Positions 6,905 to 15,745 of a stretch of 64,000 nucleotides of DNA are shown here, piece by piece. The notes under the pieces are model-generated. The model was not told where the DNA came from and ran no database searches. It saw nothing but the letters and a program-made list of their open reading frames with translations. A program made the position numbers and the translations under genes. Source of the DNA: Vulcanimicrobiota bacterium (GTDB lineage: Bacteria; Vulcanimicrobiota; Vulcanimicrobiia; Vulcanimicrobiales; Vulcanimicrobiaceae); contig OY968762.1 of assembly GCA_963695225.1 (NCBI GenBank), forward strand, positions 1,216,001 to 1,280,000. Direction: 5' to 3'. The first letter of the stretch is position 1. The number at the start of each line of letters is the position of its first letter.

Positions 6905-8920
6905 ATGGGACAGATCGATCGCCGCCGCAACGTTGCATTCGTCGGACCGCATCACAGCGGAAAGACGACCCTCGTCGAGGCGGTGCTCGCCTATTGCGGC
7001 GCGATCCCACGGCGCGGCTCCGTTACCGACGGGACCGCCACGACCGATTACGAGCCCGAGTGCGTCGATCGCGCGCAATCGACCAGCGTCGGTTTCGCGC
7101 ACGCCGAAACTGCGACGATCGATCTCACGCTGATCGATTGCCCGGGCTTCGTCGATTTCATCGATGAAGCGAAGCTCGCGCTTCTCGCGGCGGATGCCGC
7201 CGTCGTCGTGATCGACGCGGACCCGACGAGGGTCAAGCAGACGCGCGCGCTCGTCGACTTCCTCGACGAGCGTAAGATCGCGCATTGTTTCTTCGTCAGC
7301 AAGCTCGACCGGACCGGGAGCGACTTCCGCGGCACGCTCGCCGCGCTGAGCGAGACCTACGGGAATCGAGTCGTTGCCGAACACCTGCCGCTCGGCGAAG
7401 GCGAGTCGTTCCGGGGATACGTCGACCTCGCCGACCAGCACGCGTTCGTCGTCGAGAAAGGGAAGGCGCGCGAGATCTCGCTCGAGCCCGAGTTGGCGGG
7501 GACCGTCCAAGAAGCCCGCACGAAGCTGCTCGAAGCGCTCGGAGATTTCGACGACCATCTCCTCGAGGAGTTGCTGGAAGGGATCGAGCCGCCGCTCGAA
7601 GAGATCCGCCGCGACCTGCACGACGAGACCGTCAAGGATCTCATCGTGCCGATTCTCGTCGGTTCGGCCCTGACCGATATCGGCGTCGGCGCCCTGCTCG
7701 ACGTCATCGAGCGGCAATTCCCGGCGCCGGCCGGCGACCCGACCGCTCCGCTCGTCGCGCAGGTCTGCAAGACGTCGATCCACCCGCAATCGGGGAAGCT
7801 CTCGATCGCGCGGATCCATAGCGGGACGCTGGCCGCCGATGCGGCTCTGGTCGACCGCTCCCGCGAGAACCTGCGCGTCCGCGCCGCCGGGCTCTACCGC
7901 TTGCAAGGGAAGAAACAGGAAAGCCTGACCGGCGCGGGCCCGGGCGAAATCGTCGCGATCGCGCGTCTCGAAGGCGTCACGACCGGCGATACGCTGACGA
8001 CGAACGGAAACGCCGTCGAACCGTTGCCCGTCCCGCCGGTCGCTGCGCCCCTGTTCGCCGTCGCGATCAGGCCGAAGGAACGCCTCGACGAAGCGAAGCT
8101 CTCGCAAGTCCTCGCGCGCGTCTGCGAGGAGGATCCCGCCGTCGCGCTCGTCCGCGCCGAGTTCACGAACGAACTCCAGCTCTTGGGTGCGGGGGAAGTG
8201 CACGTCGCGACGACCGCTCAGCGCATCGCCCGCAAGTACCATCTCGCGCTCGACCTCAATCCGCCGACCGTCGCCTATCGCGAGACGATCACGCTGCCGA
8301 CCGATTCGCATGCGCGTTACAAGCACCAGACGGGCGGGCACGGCCAGTTCGCCGACGTCACGATTCGCATCGAACCGCGCGAGCGCGGGCACGGCGTGAC
8401 CTTCTCCGAGCAGATCGTCGGAGGCGTCGTCCCGCGGAACTTCTTTCCGGCGGTCGAGAAGGGCGTGCGCGAGGCGTTGCTGCACGGTCCGGTCGCGAAG
8501 CGCCCGGTCGTCGATCTGCACGTGACCTTGATCGACGGCGCGTACCACACCGTCGATTCGAGCGAAGCCGCGTTCAAGACGGCCGCGGGGCTCGCGATTC
8601 GCGAAGGCCTGGCGCGCTGCGCACCGATGCTGCTGGAGCCCGTGCTGCGGGTCGAGGCCGATATCCCCGAAGAGTTCGCAGCCGCCGTTCTCGGGGGCCT
8701 CAGCGCGAAACGCGCGCAAGTGCTCGCCTTCGAGCCCTGCGAGCCGCGCGGGTTCCGGCGCGTGACGGCGTTCGCGCCGCAAGCGGAACTAGGAAACTAC
8801 ATCAGCGAGCTGCGCACCGCCACGGCCGGGCTCGGAACGTACCGCTGGCAACACGAACGCTTCGACGTCGCGCCGCCGAAGGTCGCCGAAGGGTTGCGCG
8901 AAGCCGTCGCGGCCGGCTAG
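6905..8920 (+). CDS. fusA2: Elongation factor G-like paralogue (EF-G2)
   Basis: GPHHSGKTTL, DCPGFVDF, EEDP, VAYRETI, KHQTGGHGQFADV, DGAYHTVDSSEAAF, LLEP. Confidence 0.9.
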   Translation: MGQIDRRRNVAFVGPHHSGKTTLVEAVLAYCGAIPRRGSVTDGTATTDYEPECVDRAQSTSVGFAHAETATIDLTLIDCPGFVDFIDEAKLALLAADAAVVVIDADPTRVKQTRALVDFLDERKIAHCFFVSKLDRTGSDFRGTLAALSETYGNRVVAEHLPLGEGESFRGYVDLADQHAFVVEKGKAREISLEPELAGTVQEARTKLLEALGDFDDHLLEELLEGIEPPLEEIRRDLHDETVKDLIVPILVGSALTDIGVGALLDVIERQFPAPAGDPTAPLVAQVCKTSIHPQSGKLSIARIHSGTLAADAALVDRSRENLRVRAAGLYRLQGKKQESLTGAGPGEIVAIARLEGVTTGDTLTTNGNAVEPLPVPPVAAPLFAVAIRPKERLDEAKLSQVLARVCEEDPAVALVRAEFTNELQLLGAGEVHVATTAQRIARKYHLALDLNPPTVAYRETITLPTDSHARYKHQTGGHGQFADVTIRIEPRERGHGVTFSEQIVGGVVPRNFFPAVEKGVREALLHGPVAKRPVVDLHVTLIDGAYHTVDSSEAAFKTAAGLAIREGLARCAPMLLEPVLRVEADIPEEFAAAVLGGLSAKRAQVLAFEPCEPRGFRRVTAFAPQAELGNYISELRTATAGLGTYRWQHERFDVAPPKVAEGLREAVAAG

Positions 8921-8987
8921 AACGGGGCCTACGGGGGGCGCCCACGCCCGCAAGCCGAACAAAAGCCTGTTCCGAACAGGAGGGCTT

Positions 8988-10643
8988 TTGCTTTTTCGTC
9001 GCATCCTCGCGCCGCTTGCCGCGGCGCTCCTGCTCGCGGCCTGCACGAAAGTCGCCACCGAGGCGCCGCAAGCCGGCGCGACCGGTGCGATCGGCGCGCG
9101 GCACGCGTGGACGGAGCCCGGCGTCTTGCGGATCGGGATCATGCTCACGCCGAATCAGCTCAACCCGATCCTGACCGAGAACACGACGGAGAGCATGCTC
9201 GCCGGCTTGACCTTCGATCTTTTGATAGAAGCCGACGAAAAAGGGAATCCCGTCCCCCGGCTCGCGACCGAAGTGCCGACGCTCGAAAACGGCGGGATCA
9301 GCCCGGACGGCTTGACGATCACGTACCACCTGCGCAAGAACGTCAAGTGGCACGACGGAGTCCCGTTCACGAGCAAAGACGTCAAGTACAGCCTCGAGCA
9401 GTTGATGAACCCGAAGAACAACGTCATCTCGCGGACGGGGTACGAATTGGTCAAGAGCGTCGATACGCCCGACCCAGCGACGGTGACGTTCCACCTCAAA
9501 GAGAAGTTCGTCCCGTTCGTCAACACCGTGTTCGCGGAGAGCGACAATCCGTTCCGGATCATCCCCGAGCATCTGCTCGCAAAGTACTCGGACCTCAACG
9601 GCGTCCCGTTCAACTCCAGCCCGGTGGGGACCGGGCCGTTCAAGTTCGTCTCCTGGCGGCGCGGAGATCGCCTCGAGTACGCTGCGAACGACGGCTACTT
9701 TCTCGGAAAGCCTAAACTGAGCAAGATCGTCGCGCGGATCATCCCCGACGAGAACACGCTCGTCACGGCGTTGCGCACGCACGAGATCGATTGGCTCTTC
9801 GAGGCGACGCCGAACACGTACAAGGAATTGAAAACGCTCCCCGACGTGATGAACCTGCTCGTCGACAACAACCAATACTACGGCATGCTCTACAACATCA
9901 AGCAGCCGTTACTCGCGGACGCGCGCGTCCGCCGCGCGATCGCGTACGGTCTCGATAAGAAGGCGCTCGTCGACGACAACACGTTCGGCTCGGCCTCGGT
10001 CGCAACCGAAGACCTCCCAGCCTACATGTGGGCCTACGAGCCGAACGTGACCGTCTACGGGCACGACCCCGCAAAGGCAAAGGCGCTGCTCGCGCAGGCG
10101 GGGTGGAAACCCGGCCAGGACGGCATCCTCACGCGGGACGGGAAACGGCTTTCGCTCGTCATGACATACAATCAGGGTTCCGCGACGAGCAAGCAGACGA
10201 GCGTCCAAATACAAGCGGCGCTGCGCGAGATCGGCGTAGACATCCAGCCCAAGCCCTACCTCGGCTCGCTCCTGTTCGCGTCGTACGGTGCGGGCGGCAT
10301 CCTTCAGACCGGAAAATTCGACCTCAATCTCTCGGGCTGGATCGCGGGCGTCGATCCCGACGATTCATCCCAGTTCATGTGCAAGTTCATCCCGCCCGCG
10401 GGCAACAATTACACCCGGGAATGTTCGAAAGAGATGGACGCGGCGCAAGAAGAGGCCCTCGGGACCTTCGATCTGGCCAAGCGCAAGCTCGCCTATTCGA
10501 AGATCCAGAAGATCCTCGCCGGCGATATGCCGCAGAACTTCTTCTGGTGGCCGCGCCAGATTCAATCGATCAACCCCGACTTCAAAGGCTTCTCACCGAA
10601 CCCGGTGACGGAGTCGTGGAATGCGTATCTGTGGGACATATAG
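8988..10643 (+). CDS. Peptide/nickel ABC transporter substrate-binding lipoprotein (family 5)
   Basis: Lipobox LLAAC; PRLATEVP, TYHLRKNVKWHDG, PVGTGPFK, VRRAIAYGLD. Confidence 0.92.
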   Translation: MLFRRILAPLAAALLLAACTKVATEAPQAGATGAIGARHAWTEPGVLRIGIMLTPNQLNPILTENTTESMLAGLTFDLLIEADEKGNPVPRLATEVPTLENGGISPDGLTITYHLRKNVKWHDGVPFTSKDVKYSLEQLMNPKNNVISRTGYELVKSVDTPDPATVTFHLKEKFVPFVNTVFAESDNPFRIIPEHLLAKYSDLNGVPFNSSPVGTGPFKFVSWRRGDRLEYAANDGYFLGKPKLSKIVARIIPDENTLVTALRTHEIDWLFEATPNTYKELKTLPDVMNLLVDNNQYYGMLYNIKQPLLADARVRRAIAYGLDKKALVDDNTFGSASVATEDLPAYMWAYEPNVTVYGHDPAKAKALLAQAGWKPGQDGILTRDGKRLSLVMTYNQGSATSKQTSVQIQAALREIGVDIQPKPYLGSLLFASYGAGGILQTGKFDLNLSGWIAGVDPDDSSQFMCKFIPPAGNNYTRECSKEMDAAQEEALGTFDLAKRKLAYSKIQKILAGDMPQNFFWWPRQIQSINPDFKGFSPNPVTESWNAYLWDI

Positions 10644-10702
10644 AACCGGAAGGCTCGCGGCTCGGCCGCATACCCGAGATCAAGTGGCTCGTCAGCACGA
10701 TC

Positions 10703-11185
10703 ATGGAGCGCGCGCTCACGCGCGGCGAATATCTGCTCTCCGGCGGCGTGCGAAGCGATTACTACATCGACAAGTTCCGGCTCTTCGCAGACCCGTCCGT
10801 GTTGCGCCGTATCGCGAGGCTTTTCTCCCCGGTCGTTGCGGAGACCGCGCCCGATTTGATCGCCGGGACGGAGATCGGCGGCGTCATCTTGGCGACGGCG
10901 GTCTCGCAGATGACGAACATTCCGATGATCGTCGTCCGCAAAGCGCCCAAGGCGTTCGGCGCGTTCGCCGACGAGTACGTCGAGGGGCCGTACCGCGAGG
11001 GGCAGCGCGTCCTGCTGCTGGAGGACGTGGTCACGAGCGGCCGCGAGGTCCTGGCCGCGAAACTGCGGCTCGAGGAGCTCAAGCTGCACGTCGAGGTCTG
11101 GGCCGTCATCAACCGCGGGCTCGCGCCGGTGAAATCTCTCGTGCAGTTCTCGCTGCCGCGCAGCGACGCCAAGACCGAGAACTAG
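10703..11185 (+). CDS. pyrE: Orotate phosphoribosyltransferase-like protein
   Basis: YLLSGGVRSDYYIDK, GTEIGG, RKAPKAFG, VLLLEDVVTSG; start uncertain. Confidence 0.75.
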   Translation: MERALTRGEYLLSGGVRSDYYIDKFRLFADPSVLRRIARLFSPVVAETAPDLIAGTEIGGVILATAVSQMTNIPMIVVRKAPKAFGAFADEYVEGPYREGQRVLLLEDVVTSGREVLAAKLRLEELKLHVEVWAVINRGLAPVKSLVQFSLPRSDAKTEN

Positions 11186-11200
11186 AGGCGCCGGCCTAGC

Positions 11201-12004
11201 TCATTCGATCGCGTACGTCGCGTGATCGTCCGCGACGTCCAGTTCCCCGTCGAAGACCGCGCGGACGTGCCCGGTGATGACTTCGGGGGTGGCCTCGTTC
11301 GGATAATGCGTGATCCAGAGGCGCCGCACGCCCGCTTCGCGCGCCATCGAGGCGGCCTCGCGCGCCGACGCATGCCCGCGGCCGGTCGCCGATTCGCGAT
11401 GATCCTCGCCGAGCGTCGCCTCGCACAGGAACAGATCGGCTTCCCGCGCGAGCCGGACGACGGCATCGGCGGGCGCGGTATCCGCCGAATAGACGAAGCT
11501 CGCCCCCGCTAGCTCGCAGCGGCAGGCGAACGCGGGGATGTAGTGCCGCGCGTGCGCGAAACGGAGCTGCGCCGGACCGATCCGGAGCTCCAGCGCCGGG
11601 TCGTAGGTGTGGACTTCGAACACTTCGCCGATAAAGTCGCCCCCCGGTTCGCGCGAGAGCGCGTCGGAGATCGCCCGCAGAATCGGTTCCCCCCCCGGCG
11701 GCAGGTAGAGCGGGACGCGCCAATCGTTCGCGCGCGGACCGTACTTGAGCGCGTAGCGCAGCGGGATCAGATCCAGGAAATGGTCGGCGTGCATGTGGCT
11801 GATCACGATCGCGTCGATGTCTTCGGGCCTCACGTAGGCCTGCGCGTTCGCGAACGCTCCGGTCCCGAAATCCAGGACGATGCGGGTTCCCTCGCCTTCG
11901 AGCAGATACGAGCTGCAGGCTCGGGCCGGCCGCGGAATCGCACAGCTCGAACCGAGCACGGTTGCGTGCAACGCGGCGGCCGGCTTTCGCGACGGCGCGG
12001 TCAT
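11201..12004 (-). CDS. Metallo-beta-lactamase fold hydrolase (RNase Z/BN-like)
   Basis: VLGSSCAIP, ACSSYLL, LDFGTG, ISHMHADH, YSADT, LCEAT, GHASA, ITHY. Confidence 0.88.
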   Translation of the reverse strand: MTAPSRKPAAALHATVLGSSCAIPRPARACSSYLLEGEGTRIVLDFGTGAFANAQAYVRPEDIDAIVISHMHADHFLDLIPLRYALKYGPRANDWRVPLYLPPGGEPILRAISDALSREPGGDFIGEVFEVHTYDPALELRIGPAQLRFAHARHYIPAFACRCELAGASFVYSADTAPADAVVRLAREADLFLCEATLGEDHRESATGRGHASAREAASMAREAGVRRLWITHYPNEATPEVITGHVRAVFDGELDVADDHATYAIE

Positions 12005-12456
12005 TTCAGTTTGGATAGCACGTCCTCCGCGTGCCCGTCGACGCTGACCTTCGGCCACACGTGGACGATCTTCCCCGAGGCGTCGATCAAGAACGTCGCG
12101 CGCTGCACGCCCATCGATTTCTTTCCGTACATGTTCTTCTCCACGATCACGCCGAATGCGTTGCAGAGCTCCGATTCGACGTCCGCCAGAAGCGGGAACG
12201 GAATGCCGTGCTTCACCTTGAATTTCCGATGCGAGTCCGCGGAATCGCGGCTCACGCCGACGATCTGTGCTCCTTTCTTCTCGAATGCAGGGTAGAGGTC
12301 GGCGAATTGCGTCGCCTGGTTGGTGCACCCCGGCGTGTCATCCTTCGGATAGAAATACAGGACCAGCGGCCGTCCGTGAAAATCGACCGTCGATATGACC
12401 GTTCCGGTATCGTCCGCGAGCTTGACGGCCGGACAGGCCGCACCTACGTCCAGCAT
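12001..12456 (-). CDS. bcp: Peroxiredoxin Q/BCP
   Basis: LYFYPKDDTPGCT, GVSRDS, FPLLAD, RATFLID. Confidence 0.92.
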   Translation of the reverse strand: MLDVGAACPAVKLADDTGTVISTVDFHGRPLVLYFYPKDDTPGCTNQATQFADLYPAFEKKGAQIVGVSRDSADSHRKFKVKHGIPFPLLADVESELCNAFGVIVEKNMYGKKSMGVQRATFLIDASGKIVHVWPKVSVDGHAEDVLSKLK

Positions 12457-12605
12457 CGAGTATAACGCCTCCGTCGCGCTTGACCGTGTGATGCATCTCT
12501 CGATACGCCCTCGCAGGCCTAATAGCCTCGCCTACGTCGCCTAGTAGGTAGGAACATTTATTGCCGGCTCGCACTTCGGCCTAACCTCGGCGACGTAGAC
12601 GTCCC

Positions 12606-13757
12606 TCACGTGCCGGCGCTTGCGACGTGCGGCGCGCGATCCTGCGCCCGGTGCGGCGAAAACAAGGCGAGCGCCTCGTCGGAGCGGCCGAGGATGAGCC
12701 CGGCGATCAAGCGTGCCGTCAGCGGGGTAAGCAAGATGCCGTTCCGGTCGTGCCCGGCCGCCACGAGATACCCCTCGAGCCCGGTCTCGCCGACGAACGG
12801 CATCCCGTCGGGAGAGCCCGGGCGCAGGCCGGCCCAGGTTTCGTGGATCGCCGCGTCTCGCAGGATCGGGAGGGCGTCGAGCGCAGGGTCGAGCAGCGCG
12901 CGTATGCCGCCTGCGGTGACGCGCAGATCGAAACCGGCGTTTTCGATCGTGGCGCCGACGAGGAGACGGCCGTCGGGGCGCGGCACGAAGTATGCGCCGG
13001 GGACCCGGAGCACGTGGGAGATGAGGCCCGCAGGCGCCGCTAACGCGAACATCTGCCCTTTCACCGGGACCACCGGGATGACGGCCCACGGCGGGACGCC
13101 CGCGAGCGCACCGCCCCACGCTCCCGCCGCATTGACGACGACGGAAGCCGCGATCGTTCCGTTCTTCGTGCGCACGCCGCACGCGCGCGCGCCGTCGGTC
13201 TCGAGCGCAAGCGCTTCGATGCCGACGTCGATGCGCACGCCGAGCACTTCGCATCCCGTCCTGAGCGCGCGCCCGAGGCGCCGGTTGTCGACCTGTCCGG
13301 AACGGCTGACGAGCGCCGCGCCAGCGCAGGCGGGTCCGAGCGCCGGCTCGAGTTCGAGCGCCCCGGCGCGCTCGAACCACTCCGCCGCGATGCCCCGCGC
13401 CGAGAACGCGCCGACCTTTTCTCGCAGCCGCCCGGCTGCCGCTTCGTCGTACGCGGCCTCAACGATCCCGTCCACGCGCAATCCGATATCGGTCCCGGTC
13501 CGATCTTCGAGATCCGCCGCGAACGAAGCGAACGCAGCGAACGAACGGATGCAGGCCGCTTCGTACGGATCCTCCGCAGCGGCGTCCCCATAGGGTGAGA
13601 GCATCCCGGCACCCGCCCACGAGGCCGAGGAGCCCGGCGCGCGCCCGTCGAGAATCCGCGCGCGGACGCCCTCTTTGGCGAGCTCGTAGGCGATGCCGAG
13701 GCCGATCAGCCCGGCGCCGACGATGACGACTTCCCGAGGCACTTCGTGTTCGCGCAT
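12606..13757 (-). CDS. thiO: Glycine oxidase (ThiO-like FAD oxidoreductase)
   Basis: VGAGLIG, ASWAGAGML, GQVDNRRL, PVKGQ, WAGLRPGSPD, GHDRNGILL. Confidence 0.85.
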   Translation of the reverse strand: MREHEVPREVVIVGAGLIGLGIAYELAKEGVRARILDGRAPGSSASWAGAGMLSPYGDAAAEDPYEAACIRSFAAFASFAADLEDRTGTDIGLRVDGIVEAAYDEAAAGRLREKVGAFSARGIAAEWFERAGALELEPALGPACAGAALVSRSGQVDNRRLGRALRTGCEVLGVRIDVGIEALALETDGARACGVRTKNGTIAASVVVNAAGAWGGALAGVPPWAVIPVVPVKGQMFALAAPAGLISHVLRVPGAYFVPRPDGRLLVGATIENAGFDLRVTAGGIRALLDPALDALPILRDAAIHETWAGLRPGSPDGMPFVGETGLEGYLVAAGHDRNGILLTPLTARLIAGLILGRSDEALALFSPHRAQDRAPHVASAGT

Positions 13758-13818
13758 CGCAAAGCGTCTTCGCCCGGCGAAGGTGCTGGCCCCACCGCGG
13801 CGGAGCCCGCCGCCGCGT

Positions 13819-15540
13819 TCACATTCCGGTGTAGACGGGGCCCTCGCCGCCCTGCGGCGGCACCCACGTGATGATCTGATACGGATCCATGATGTCGCAC
13901 GTCTTGCAGTGCACGCAATTCGAGAAGTTCAACTGCAGGCGCGCCTCGGGATCGGGCGTTCCGTCCGGCAACTTGAACATCGGTTCGTAGACTTTCGCCG
14001 GACAGAAATACTGGCATGGATTCCCGTATTCCACGGTGCAGCGGTCCTTGCAGATCGACGTATCGGAGACGTGCAGATGGCAGACCTGATCTTCATCGTG
14101 CATCGTCCCGCTGTTGAAGACGTCCGTCAGTTTGTCGAACGTGAGGACGTTGTCGATCTTCGCGCGTAGCGTCGACTGTATGGGAGCGCGCTCCGAGAGC
14201 TGCTTCATCTGCGCGTAGCCATCGTGGTTGTAGAGGCGCTCCTGCACGCCGAACGCCCGGCCTCCCGCGTACATGCCGAGCCCGTTGGCGATCAAACCCG
14301 CGAACAGGCCGCCGTTGAATGCGGCGTGGAAGTTGCGCCCCTTATAGAGCTCGGCGTAGGCCCACGAGTCGGCAAAGCGGCGCGCGAACGAGCCCAGCGT
14401 CGCGGCGTCCGTATTCTCGGCAAGGATCGCGTCGAACGCGGTCTCCGCGGCGAGCATCCCGGACTTGATCGCAAGGTGGATGCCCTTGAGCCTCATGCCG
14501 TTGAGGAAGCCGGCGGAATCGCCGACGATCAGGAGCCCGTCCGCGTAGTTGCGCGGCATCGAGAACAGCCCGCCCTCGGGGATCGCCTTCGCGCCGTACC
14601 GCAGCAACTTCGCACCCGCCAGCATCGGCGCGATCGCCGGATGCTGCTTGTAGCGCTGGAAGAGGTCGTGCGGGTCCGTCGTGGGGTCGGCATAGTCGAG
14701 CCCGATTACGAGGCCGATGTCGAGGATGTCGTTCTTCATCCCGTAGATGAAGCCGCCGCCGAACGTATCGTTCGGCAACGGGTGGCCCATCGTATGGATC
14801 ACGCTCCCGGCCTTGACCGACCCCGGCGCGCACTGCCACAGTTCCTTGACGCCGACGGCGTAGACTTGCGGATCGACGCCCTTATCGAGGTGGAGTCTCC
14901 CGATCGCCTGCTTGGCGAGCGTCCCGCGCGGCCCTTCGGCGAGGATGACGACTTTCGCCAGCAGGTCGGGGCCGGGCTCGAAATTCGATTTCGGCTTTCC
15001 GTCGTGTCCGACGCCCTTATCGCCGACGCGAACGCCGATCACGCGCGGAGTTCCCCCACCCTCCTCGGACCAGAGCAGCTCCTGCCCGGGGAAGGCCGGG
15101 AAGACGTCGGCGCCGAGGCCTTCCGCCGTCTCTCCGAGCCACCTCGAGAGCTTCTGCAGGCTCGCTACGAACTTGCCTTCGTTCTTCATCATCGGGGGCA
15201 GGAACGGCGCCGCGATCTTCCCGGAAGACGTCAGATACCAGAGCGCATCGTAACCGACGGCCCCTTCGAGGGGCGCCGTCGCCTTCCAACCGGGGAGCAA
15301 CTCGTCGAGCGCGCGCGGATCGAGGACGGCGCCGGAGATCCCGTGGTTACCGATCTCCCCGCCCTTCTCGATCACCATGACCGAGAGGTCGTCCTTGCCC
15401 TTCTCCGCCGCGAGTTGGCGCAGGCGAATCGCGGCGGCAAGCCCGGCCGGGCCGCCTCCCACGATGAGAACGTCGACTTCGAGTTGATCGCGATCCGGCA
15501 CGGTAATACGGTCCTCGACAAGATTGCTTGCGAATTGCAA
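13819..15540 (-). CDS. Electron transfer flavoprotein:quinone oxidoreductase
   Basis: DVLIVGGGPAG, EKGGEIGNHGISGA, GVKELW, KGIHLAIKSG, C-terminal Fe-S motifs CQYFCPA and CVHCKTCDI. Confidence 0.93.
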   Translation of the reverse strand: MQFASNLVEDRITVPDRDQLEVDVLIVGGGPAGLAAAIRLRQLAAEKGKDDLSVMVIEKGGEIGNHGISGAVLDPRALDELLPGWKATAPLEGAVGYDALWYLTSSGKIAAPFLPPMMKNEGKFVASLQKLSRWLGETAEGLGADVFPAFPGQELLWSEEGGGTPRVIGVRVGDKGVGHDGKPKSNFEPGPDLLAKVVILAEGPRGTLAKQAIGRLHLDKGVDPQVYAVGVKELWQCAPGSVKAGSVIHTMGHPLPNDTFGGGFIYGMKNDILDIGLVIGLDYADPTTDPHDLFQRYKQHPAIAPMLAGAKLLRYGAKAIPEGGLFSMPRNYADGLLIVGDSAGFLNGMRLKGIHLAIKSGMLAAETAFDAILAENTDAATLGSFARRFADSWAYAELYKGRNFHAAFNGGLFAGLIANGLGMYAGGRAFGVQERLYNHDGYAQMKQLSERAPIQSTLRAKIDNVLTFDKLTDVFNSGTMHDEDQVCHLHVSDTSICKDRCTVEYGNPCQYFCPAKVYEPMFKLPDGTPDPEARLQLNFSNCVHCKTCDIMDPYQIITWVPPQGGEGPVYTGM

Positions 15541-15745
15541 GCGATTTCACGCGCGACGAACGCGCGCTCCTTTTTGCTTGGACGGCGGCACGGCGCTTAC
15601 CCGCAGGCGTTCGGCGCGCGCGCACGGACGAAGGCGAAAGCGAACTTGCAAGGTTGCCCTGATCGAGTGCAAGATCTACATTGGGGCGAAAAGGCGCTCC
15701 CCGCACTTCATATTCTCACAGTGCTTATATCGGAGGCACCCTTTC

